The notes under the pieces are model-generated. The model ran no database searches and was not told where the DNA came from. It saw nothing but the letters and a program-made list of their open reading frames with translations. A DNA stretch of 32,666 nucleotides from NCBI GenBank assembly GCA_002269645.1, contig NIVC01000927.1, positions 274,066-306,731 of the forward strand, given 5' to 3'. Every line of letters starts with the position of its first letter. Position 1 is the first letter of the stretch. Position numbers and translations under genes: made by a program. Source of the stretch: Macrostomum lignano. Its lineage: Eukaryota. Positions 1-11,100 of the stretch are shown here, in pieces.

Positions 1-623
1 CTCTCCCTCTCTCCTCCCTCCCTGTCTCCCTGTCTCCTCCCTCCCTCTCCCCTCTCTCCTCTCTCCTCTCTCCCTCCCTCCTCTCCCCTCTCTCCCTCCT
101 CCCTGCTCTCCCCTCTCTCCCTCTCTCCCTCTCTCCCTCTCTCTCCTTCTCCCTCCCTCCCTCTCCCCCTCTCTCCCTCTCTCCCTCTCTCCCTCCTCCC
201 TCTCCCCCTCTTCTCCTCTCTCCCTCTCTCCTCTCTCCCTCTCTCCCTCTCTCCCTCTCTCCCTCTCTCCCTCCCTCCCTCTCCCCCTCTTTCTCCTTCC
301 CTTCCTCTCGCCCTGTCTCCCTCTCTCCCTGTCTCTCCCTGTCTCCCTGTCTCCCTCTCTCCCTCTCTCCCTCCCTCCCTGTCTCCCTGTCTCCCTCTCT
401 CCCTCTCTCCCTCCCTCCCTGTCTCCCTGTCTCCCTCTCTCCCTCTCTCCCTCCCTCCCTGTCTCCCTGTCTCCCTCTCTCCCTCTCTCCCTCCCTCCCT
501 GTCTCCCTGTCTCCCTCTCTCCCTCTCTCTCCCTCCCTCTCTCCCTGTCTCCCTCTCTCCCTCTCTCCCTCCCTCCCTGTCTCCCTGTCTCCCTCTCTCC
601 CTCTCTCCCCCTCCGCCTCTCTC
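1..623. repeat. Degenerate CT-rich polypyrimidine simple repeat (ctctccc / ctgtctcc)
   Basis: Almost only C and T, with sparse G, for more than 600 nt; runs off the window edge. Confidence 0.95.
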
Positions 624-1212
624 CCCGCATTGTCCGGCATATCAAGCTGTCTCGAGTCCCGTGCTTGAATTTTCAGCCAGTCTTTTTCTTTGTCAAATTT
701 TCCTAATTCTTCGCTGTCAGCTTAAAATCCTCTTATTTAATCTCCTCCTCAAATACTCTGGGAATCCGCTGGCATGTCGAAATCTTTTGTGCAGGCAGCA
801 GCAGGTTTTGCTCTTCTCCGCCGACAAGGGGGGGGGGGCTTTAGAGTCTCGAACGATAGAGAGAGTGAGTGGGAAAAGAAGAAATTAATTCGAATAGCTA
901 GTTGCCAAGCTGTCGCGAAGCCTGTCTGCGGTAATCTCTGGCAACACGCGCGATCCCCGCTGCGCCCCCCCCCCCTACGGCCGACGGATTACGGAGGGTC
1001 ACGACAGGTCCGCTCAAAAGTGGCCGCACACTTCCTTAACTCGCGTCATTGCTCAGGGCTAATCCCCCCGCCCTCTTCCCCCCAAAGCGCCTGCCTCAAA
1101 AAAGCTGCTGAAAAATTGCACTATAGTATTGTGAATCGAATACAGACCGACCAGACGACTGCTACAGTGTGTGCAGGAGCATACTTTTGTGCCGCTCAGT
1201 CACTATTGTGCT

Positions 1213-1558
1213 GTCCTGTCTCTCCTCTCTCATATCCTGTCTCTCTTCTCTCATATCCTGTCTCTCATCTCTCATATCCTGTCTCTCATCTCTCATATCC
1301 TATATCTCATCGCTTATATCCTGTCTCTCATCTCTAATATCCTATATCTCATCGCTTATATCCTGTCTCTCATCTCTAATATCCTATATCTCATCGCTTA
1401 TATCCTGTCTCTCATCTCTCATATCCTGTCTCTCATCTCTCATATCCTGTCTCTCATCTCTCATATCCTGTCTCTCATCTCTCATGTCCCGTCTCTCATC
1501 TCTCATACTCCGTCTCTCATCTCTCATATCCTGTCTCTCATCTCTCATATCCTATTTC
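1213..1558. repeat. 21-bp minisatellite (atatcctgtctctcatctctc), about 16 copies
   Basis: Direct inspection; gives 7-aa-period ORFs in three frames. Confidence 0.95.
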
Positions 1559-1991
1559 CCAGTTCCCGCCGGATTCATTAGACTGTGCAACCAGATGCAA
1601 AAGAACCTGTACATTATTTTAGCATCGGGGGGAGCAACACTATCCAGTATAGAGAATTCACGAGCTGACATTTGATTGGTCCAAAGCAGTGCCCACCAAC
1701 TTGAAATTGCGCCTATCATTGGCGTCTGAACCCCTGGACTAGAAATTCCTGTCTGTGCACAATGTCTATATTATCGTATGTTGCAGATTTTCTGCATCTT
1801 CTTCACCAGCTGGCTTCTAGACAGCAATATACTGAATCATTTTACTAAATAATAGAAGCCAATCCTTTAATGTGGTTGCCGCCTCTGCTTTTGCTGGCTC
1901 TGCTGCCGGCAGCGGCTGTTGCTTTGCAGAAAATCAATAATCCTCAACAAGAAAGCTTTGATGTTCAAAACCGGAAATTCCATCCTGACAG

Positions 1992-2140
1992 GCGGCTATC
2001 ATTTGTCACCAAGGAGACTGGCTACATCATCTCCGGTCTGCAGCCTGACACCGCCTACACCGTACAGGTGTCCGCTCAGGGCTCCAGTGATCAGCTGCGA
2101 AGCCGGCCTGCCGTGATGACCTTCCGTACTGAGAGGGCCG
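1992..2140 (+). CDS. fra: fra-like exon: C-terminal half of FN3 domain 1
   Basis: Acceptor cctgacag|1992, donor 2140|gtgagt. Encodes RLSFVTKETGYIISGLQPDTAYTVQVSAQ...VMTFRTERA (FN3 GLxPxTxY motif). Confidence 0.85.
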
Positions 2141-5100
2141 GTGAGTGTGGCTGAGTGACCCAGTCAAGTGGCTGAGTGACCCTGCGGTGGTGGCTGAGTG
2201 ACCCTGCGGTGGTGGCTGAGTGACCCTGCGGTGGTGGCTGAGTGACCCTGCGGTGGTGGCTGAGTGACCCTGCGGTGGTGGCTGAGTGACCCTGCGGTGG
2301 CGGCTGAGTGACCCTGCGGTGGTGGCTGAGTGACCCTGCGGTGGTGGCTGAGTGACCCTGCGGTGGTGGCTGAGTGACCCTGCGGTGGTGGCTGAGTGAC
2401 CCTGCGGTGGTGGCTGAGTGACCCTGCGGTGGTGGCTGAGTGACCCTGCGGTGGTGGCTGAGTGACCCTGCGGTGGTGGCTGAGTCAAGTGGCTGAGTGA
2501 CACGGCTCGCTGATTCAAGTGGCTGAGAGACCCTTCGGTGATGGCTGAATGTCCCTGCGTAATGGCTTATTCAAGTGGCTGAGTGACTAAGTGGCTGAGT
2601 GGCTGAGACAGAAGTCCACAGACCACAGAAGTCCACAGACCACATCCACTACCACAGAAGTCCATGTGGTAGTGGATGGGTGTTTCTGCAGTGTTGGCTG
2701 AGTCAAGTGGCTGTGTCCATAAGGGTTTGGTGAGGGTCAGTGAGAGTCAGTGAGGGTCAGTGAGGTCTTTTACATCGCAACCCGTTTCCAACCGCCCTCC
2801 TTCAACGCCAACCTGGCAGCTCCGTCACCGGATCCGGTTCGAAGTTTTCGGGTCCTGGCTGCGAATTCGACTGATCTCCAAATCTCCTGGGACCCGCCTG
2901 CGGCAGCGTCCGACTGCTTAGTGGTGCTGTGAGTTGCTGGACTTGGATTTATTATTGCTAATGTAGCTCATGGATTGCTAATGCAGCTCATGGATTGCTA
3001 ATGCAGCTCATGGATTGCTAATGCAGCTCATGGATTGCTAATGTAGCTCATGGATTGCTAATGTAGCTAATGGATTTTTAATGTAGCTCATGGATTACTA
3101 GTCTAGTTCAAGCACTAAGGCCGGGTTATAATAAACAGTTTGTTATTATCTAGATAGTTTATGAACTGGATTGCTAGTCTATCCAATGAGCAGAACAAAC
3201 ATTATATCTTTAAGTATCCGAAATATTGGATTCTTCTAGCTGATTGCTAAATTCTCATTTGACCTCCAATTATCATGGATAATTAATTGCAAACACACAC
3301 CATAATGCGAGAGCTTATGGCATGAGTCGGCTCTGGTAGAGAGAAAGAGAGCTTTGCTTTTTATAACTGGGCAAGGCAGCTTCGGCTGCTTTTTCATGGA
3401 GAAGAAAATTGTGCCGCATGACTGACTCATCCTGCTTTTGGGAGGGATTTTTTTGAGTGCTCCAGCTTCTCTGCCTCATCATCTCCCTTCCCCTCTCTCT
3501 TTGGCATCAATGACTCGCTAGAATTTCTGTGGAACAGGACTCTGGGAAGTCCCCCTCGGCCCCTTCCTTCTCAGCTCACTCTCCACTGGACACTCGAGTG
3601 GCCTTCGCTGTGGAGTGCGGACTCTGAAACTGTATGAGGCTGTAAGGAGCTTAAAAATGTGCAGGCTAGATTTTTTAAAAATTGACTGGCTAGGAATCAG
3701 CCTCTCGATCATTCACGCAGTTTTAGATTCGATTTTCCCAATACTGCCGTCATTTGGGATTGACATCGAGTGGCGCTCTGCATTGCTAGCAATCTGGACT
3801 TTCAAATTCAGACTGATGGAGATTGGAAATTGTTGCTTTAAGTAGGAATATGCTGAGCCTTAGCACCGAAGGACCCTAGCAACGAAGGACCCTAGCAACA
3901 AAGGATCCTAGCAACGAAGGACCGTAGCAACAAAGGACCCTAGCAACAAAAGATCCTAGCAACAAAGGACCCTAGCAACAAAACACCCTAGCAATAAAGG
4001 ACCCTAGCAACAAAGGACCCTAGCAACAAAGGACCCTAGCAACGAAGGACCGTAGCAACAAAGGACCCTAGCAACAAAAGATCCTAGCAACAAAGGACCC
4101 TAGCAACAAAACACCCTAGCAATAAAGGACCCTAGCAACAAAGGACCCTAGCAACAAAGGACCCTAGCAACGAAGGACCGTAGCAACAAAGGACCCTAGC
4201 AACAAAAGATCCTAGCAACAAAGGACCCTAGCAACAAAACACCCTAGCAATAAAGGACCCTAGCAACAAAGGACCCTAGCAACAAAGGACCCTAGCAACA
4301 AAGGACCCTAGCAACAAAGGACCCTAGCAACAAGGGATCGTAGCAACAAGGGACACTAGCACCGAAATACCCTAGCAACAAAGGACCCAAGCAACAATGG
4401 ACCCTAACAACAAAGGACCCTAGCAACGAAAGACCCTAGCATCAAAGAACTTCAACACCGAAGGAACCTAGAACAAAAGAGGCAGCACCAAGGACCCATT
4501 CCGAACCTCCTCGCCCACCGCGCAGTCTGCAGCTCCGCGACCTGACGCTGCAGTCGGACAGGCAGTTCAACGCCACCTGCTCGCCGCCAGCCGAGGGCCT
4601 TCGCCTGCGGGTCCACCCGCACCGACGCTACCGCCTGCTGGCCACTGTCCTGTCTGACTTCGGCCAGTCCCGTCCGGCCATGCTGAGCCTGCGGACTCCC
4701 TCGGCCAGGCCGAACCGGAGCCCATCGAATTTCACCGCTGTGGGCGCGAGCTCCGGCGCCCAGCTCACCTGGCTGCCGCCGCCGCTGCCGGGTCGCAATG
4801 GACTCCTGGTTGGCTACCGGATCCGCTACCGGGAGCTGCCGGCCGAGTCCGACGTCTCGGCGACCGCGCTCGGTGAAGATGCCGACATTGGCGATGACGA
4901 CGATGAAAGCATCGTCGATGGCGCGGTGTACAAAGTGACCGTGCCGGGCGATCAGCTGACTCACCGGCTGGCCGGACTGAAGCCGTTGAGACGCTACGCT
5001 GCTCAAGTGGCCGCCAGGACTGTCAATGGAACCGGCAGGTTCACCCGCTGGCTGGTGTTCAGCACCCTGCCCGGTGCCTACAGATTACGGCCTGCTAGTG

Positions 5101-8100
5101 AGTGGGTGGGAGAGTCTGTGGGATGGGGAAGTTCGGGTATGGGATAGTTTTGGGATGGGGAAGTTTGAGTATGGGATAGTTTTGGGATAGGGAAGTTTGA
5201 GTATGGGATAGTTTGGAATGGGGAAGTTTGAGTATGGGATAGTTTTGGGATAGGGAATTTCGGGTATGGGATAGTTTTGGATGGGGAAGTTCGGGTATGG
5301 GATAGTTTGGAATGGGGAAGTTTGAGTATGGGATAGTTTGGAATGGGGAAGTTAGAGTATGGGATAGTTTTGGGATAGGGAATTTCGGGTATGGGATAGT
5401 TTTGGATGGGGAAGTTCGGGTATGGGATAGTTTGGAATGGGGAAGTTTGAGTATGGGATAGTTTTGGGATAGGGAATTTTGGGTATGGGATAGTTTTGGA
5501 TGGGGAAGTTCCGGTATGGGATAGTTTGGAATGGGGAAGTTTGAGTATGGGATAGTTTTGGGATAGGGAATTTCGGGTATGGGATAGTTTTGGATGGGGA
5601 AGTTCCGGTATGGGATAGTTTGGAATGGGGAAGTTTGAGTATGGGATAGTTTTGGGATAGGGAAGTTCGGATATGGGATAGTTTTGGGATAGGGAAGTTT
5701 GAGTATGGGATAGTTTGGAATGGGGAAGTTTGAGTATGGGATAGTTTGGAATGGGGAAGTTTGAGTATGGGATAGTTTGGAATGGGGAAGTTCGGATATG
5801 GGATAGTTTTGGGATAGGGAAGTTTGAGTATGGGATAGTTTGGAATGGGGAAGTTTGAGTATGGGATAGTTTTGAGATGAGGAATTTCGGGTATGGGATG
5901 GGGTAGTTCGGGGATGGATAGGAAATACTAAAGATTGGGATGGAAATTTTGTGAACTGGAGAGTTTAGAGATGAAGGAAGCTTGGGGATCAATGGGAGGA
6001 AGAAGAGGAAGACTGCCTTTGAAAAGTCCAAGCCGAGGCCTCCCGCCCGGACCGCTCAGGACTGCGCGACCAGAATACCGAGTCGCAGCTTCACGGAGAC
6101 GTGCCGCTGCCGGAGAAGATCCGAATCCGGCCCAAGGATGTGACCGCCATCGGCAAGCGGGACTCCATCCTGCTGTCCTGGACGCGACCGTCTGCCCTGG
6201 TGATCCCCGACAAGTACGTCATCTACTATGGCAGCCAGCTGCCCAAGGAGAGGCTGGCTGGCGAAATCTCCGGCGACCAGGACGCCTATCAGATTCGGAA
6301 TCTCGGTGAGAACTCGCAAATTTTAGAGCTTTTTGGCTTCTCATAAGGAGATTTTGGAATCTAATAGTGAGATTTTGGAATCTAATAGTGAGATTTTGGA
6401 ATCTAATAGTGAGATTTTGGAATATCATGGTGAGCTTTTGGAATCACAAGGTGAGATTTTGGAATCTCTAATGAGATTTGGGAATCTCATGTTGTGATTT
6501 TGGAATCTCAAGTGAAATTTTGGAACCTCAAGTGAGATTTTGGAATCTCATGGTCTCATGATTTTGGAATCTCATGGTCTCATGATTTTGGAATCTCATG
6601 GTCTCATGATTTTGGAATCTCGTGGTCTCATGATTTTGGAATCTCGTGGTCTCATGATTTTGGAATCTCATGGTCTCATTATTTTGGAATCTCATGGTGA
6701 GATAATGGAACCGCAAGATAAGATTTTGGAATTTTATGGTGAGAATTTAGAATCTCATGGTGAAATTTTGGAATCTCATGTTGTGATTTTGAAATTGCAA
6801 GGTGAGATTTCGGAATCTCATTGCGAGATTTTGGAACTTCACGGTGAGATTTTGGAATCTCATGTGAGATTTTGGAATCTTATAGTGAGACTTTGTGATT
6901 TTAGAATCGCAAGGTAAGACTTAAAAATCTCATGTTATGATTTTGGAATCGCAAAGTGAGATTTTGTAATCTTATGGCAAGATTTTGGAATCTCATGTTG
7001 TGATTTTGAAATTGCAAGGTGAGGTTTTGGAATCTCATGGCAAGATTTTGGAATCTCATGGTGAGATTTAAAAATCTAAGAATAAGACAGAAATTCCAGG
7101 GTAGGATTTGAAAATCTACTGAAATAGCTAATACTCGTGCCAAGGACCACTATAGCAGAGAGAGGTACTACAGTAGTCCTTGACTCGGGCGTACGGGAAA
7201 GGGTCGAACCTGCATGAGACGCCAGGGTTGATGCTGAAAGCACTATAAACAAGAAATAAAACTCGTCTACAGTCTAAAAAATCACAAAATTTTCAAATTA
7301 CGAGCGCGCCTGCTTGAAATGATGATAAACAAAGTAAATTTCAACGCAAAATTTGATTGACATTCAAATTATTTTGTCAAAAATGTTCATCAGACAATAT
7401 CCATTAGGAACAAGTGCAGAGGCGAGACTTTGAATATGAGGAAGTTGAATAATTCTGGTCAATATTTAGTCAGGTAGTGCAAACACAATCCCAGTGTTGT
7501 TGCAGATGGAATGCATGGGGAACTCAGTTGCACTTCTGCCCAGTCCGCTGACTTCTGAGCACACGCACTCATACACTCGCTCACACAGGGTGTACAGCAG
7601 CCCCTGACTCTCTAATCGTCAAACATGTACAATCTGTGTGCCTTGGGGCTCGGCCCTTATGGGTGCGAATCGCACTACAACCCCCTGGCCAACTTTTGTG
7701 CTAAAAAACGCCCAAAAATTAATCTGACCTCGCACGAAATCGAACCAGGGGTCGAGGCGCGCTCAGCCCCTCCCGCAGCAGTCAGTAACCGCTTTACTAA
7801 CCCTGCATTGCAGTGCCCAACCAGTACTACTTCATCACCATTGTGGCCATCAAAGACGGAGTCCAGGCGGAGACGCCACTGCACGAGAAAACCCAGAGCG
7901 GGACCCGTAAGAAAATATTTAAACTATTAAAATCTTGTCTAGAGAGCTATTTATACTACTCACAGTAACGTTATTGCGCGCATGACTGTCTTTAATTAGT
8001 TAGCGGCGTAAATATTTCATTTTGAATGGTAGCATGAATATTGTTAATCTACGCTCATGTATGCTGTCAGCCTCCATGGCTCTTCTTCGTTGATAATATT

Positions 8101-11100
8101 TCTAGCTGGGGATACTCCTGTCTAACAGGTGACTCTCCTGTCTAACAGGTGACTCTCCTGTCTAACATGTGACACTCCTGTCTAACAGGTGACTCTCCTG
8201 TCTAACAGGTGACACTCCTGTCTAACAGGTGACTCTCCTGTCTAACAGGTGACTCTCCTGTCTAACAGGTGACACTCCTGTCTAACAGGTGACTCTCCTG
8301 TCTAACAGGTGACTCTCCTGTCTAACAGGTGACACTCCTGTCTAACAGGTGACTCTCCTGTCTAACAGGTGACACTCCTGTCTAACATGTGACACTCCTG
8401 TCTAACAGGTGACTCTCCTGTCTAACAGGTGACACTCCTGTCTAACAGGTGACACTCCTGTCTAACAGGTGACTCTCCTGTCTAACAGGTGACACTCCTG
8501 TCTAACAGTTGACACTCCTGTCTAACAGGTGACTCTCCTGTCTAACAGGTGACACTCCTGTCTAACAGGTGACTCTCCTGTCTAACATGTGACACTCCTG
8601 TCTAACAGGTGACTCTCCTGTCTAACAGTTGACACTCCTGTCTAACAGTTGACACTCCTGTCTAACAGGTGCCACTCCTGTCTGACCCTTAGGTACCCAA
8701 TCAAATCAGAGCTGTATTATAAAGTACAGTGACTCATTTATCCCATTTTATTGCGAATGCTACTACTATCAGCAACCATAAATATTAGACATTCCTGTTA
8801 CGTTTAAATGCATTAAACAACAATGTGGTGCGAATATGAATATATAATTGCAATATTATCAATGCAAACATCAATTACCAAACCTGCCCGTATGCTTCAT
8901 TTACAGGTGGTCAAACTTGTAAGTATGAGTATCGTTTTTTTTATTTAAACCGTTTTCTGTTGTCGTCAGAGCACAAATTTTTCTTCTACGAAACTACCGA
9001 TGTATACCAGACAAAGTCTGCTGGTGCACTTGTACTTTTAGAAGCGCAATTAAACTGAACGCAACCCAGCACCAACAAGTTCAAATCCATATGCTTTAAG
9101 CGTTTTGTCCGTTTTTATTCTGGCCCCGACAAATTTCTTTTCGGGGAGAGAAATAGCCAATTTAGTGAACCAATCTACAGAATGAGTTATTGGCTTTTCT
9201 TAAATTTCGGTGTAGGTTACGAAAAAACTTATATACTACTTATAATCTGCATGTATTTAGCTGGAAAGCGAGCTGGTCTCAATAGTGTGTCAGCTCCCAC
9301 TGACCCCTGACTGACAGAAGTGTGTCAGCTCACACTGACCCTGACTGACAGAAGTGTGTCAGCTCACACTGACCCTGACTGACAGAAGTGTGTCAGCTCA
9401 CACAGACCCTGACTGACGGAAGTGTGTCAGCTCACACTGACCCTGACTGACAGAAGTGTGTCAGCTCACACTGACCCTGACTGACGGAAGTGTGTCAGCT
9501 CACACAGACCCTGACTGACGGAAGTGTGTCAGCTCACACTGACCCTGACTGACAGAAGTGTGTCAGCTCACACTGACCCTGACTGACAGAAGTGTGTCAG
9601 CTCACACTGACCCTGACTGACAGAAGTGTGTCAGCTCACACTGACCCTGACTGACAGAAGTGTGTCAGCTCACACAGACCCTGACTGACGGAAGTGTGTC
9701 AGCTCACACAGACCCTGACTGACGGAAGTGTGTCAGCTCACACTGACCCTGACTGACAGAAGTGTGTCAGCTCACACTGACCCTGACTGACAGAAGTGTG
9801 TCATCTCACACTGACCTTGACTGACAGAAGTGTGTCAGCTCACACTGACCCTGACTGACAGAAGTGTGTCAGCTCACACAGACCCTGACTGACGGAAGTG
9901 TGTCAGCTCACACTGACCCTGACTGACAGAAGTGTGTCAGCTCACACTGACCCTGACTGACAGAAGTGTGTCAGCTCACACTGACCCTGACTGACGGAAG
10001 TGTGTCAGCTCACACTGACCCTGACTGACAGAAGTGTGTCAGCTCACACTGACCCTGACTGACAGAAGTGTGTCAGCTCACACTGACCCTGACTGACAGA
10101 AGTGTGTCAGCTCACACTGACCCTGACTGACGGAAGTGTGTCAGCTCACACAGACCCTGACTGACGGAAGTGTGTCAGCTCACACTGACCCTGACTGACG
10201 GAAGTGTGTCAGCTCACACTGACCCTGACTGACAGAAGTGTGTCATCTCACACTGACCTTGACTGACAGAAGTGTGTCAGCTCACACTGACCCTGACTGA
10301 CAGAAGTGTGCCAGCTCTACAGACCCTGACTGACAGAAGTGTGTCAGCTCTACAGACCCTGACTGACAGAAGTGTGTCAGCTCAGACTGGCCCTTCCTGT
10401 CAGCTCACACTGGCTCTTCCTGTTAGTCACACTGGCCCTGTCAGCTCCCACAGATCTGTACTCTCGCGAATTTCCGCAGACGACCGGCAGTCGCCCAGCG
10501 TCCCGCTGAACGTGAAGGCCACCGTCATGGACGGCCGTACAGCGGTGGTCAGCTGGACAGACCGGGACCTCGGCCTGCCCGGCTCGGACGCGGCCGGCCG
10601 CCTTTACGAAGTCGAACTCGCCGAGGATGCCACCTCGTCCAGATCGTCCTCGGCTGTCGTTGACGCGAAACCGCGCCGATTCAACACGACGGGGCTTCGA
10701 CTGCGGCTGTCCCAGCTGCGCCCGTTCACCGCCTACGCGGCCAGGATCCGCTGCCACCTGGGCTACATGCAGAGCGACTTCAGCATGGTGGCCACCTTCG
10801 TCACCAAGGCTGAGCCGCCGGGCACGCCGCCACTGGAGCTGCGGGTGGCCCGCACCAGCCTGTCCGGCTCCGTGCTGCTCACCTGGCGGCCGCCGCTGGA
10901 GCCGAACGGGCCGCTGACTGGCTACACAGTGTACTACGCTCCTCACGGCGGTCAGTTCATCAGCCGCAACGCCGCGGCTAAGGAGACTCAAATTGTTGTC
11001 ACCGGTCTGCAGCAGTCCAGTCTGTATGTGTTCAAGGTGCGCGCCGAGAACCAGGCGGGCGTCGGGCCGGCCACCAACTTGACAGCATTTATGACGCCGG

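Noticed and set aside
630-1200. Unique GC-moderate sequence as a possible upstream fra exon or MITE
   Set aside because: I could find no Ig/FN3-like translation and no convincing terminal inverted repeats.
1169-1675. ORFs of 136-187 aa with Leu/Ser/Ile periodicity (774-1337, 1169-1675, 1171-1581)
   Set aside because: They are translations of the 21-bp minisatellite and of unique non-coding sequence, with no domain or splice support.
5078-7143. Long periodic ORFs (5078-6031, 6540-6917, 6219-6428, 6528-6716, 6901-7143)
   Set aside because: Stop-free translations of intronic arrays.
7625-7930. ORF 7625-7930 (MYNLCALG...) as the missing FN4 half
   Set aside because: It has an in-frame stop just upstream and no usable acceptor. 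The real exon (7814-7906) is in a different frame.
8770-8845. LLRLNALNNN, superficially like an FN3 F-strand
   Set aside because: Flanked by in-frame stops, AT-rich unlike the true exons, and FN4 is already completed by 7814-7906.
8112-10450. Regular 20-34-bp repeats that might suggest CRISPR arrays
   Set aside because: Head-to-tail monomers with no unique spacers, no cas genes, and a spliceosomal-intron context.
10454-10479. Upstream acceptor ctcccacag|10454 for the FN5 exon
   Set aside because: Phase 2, incompatible with the phase-1 upstream donors.
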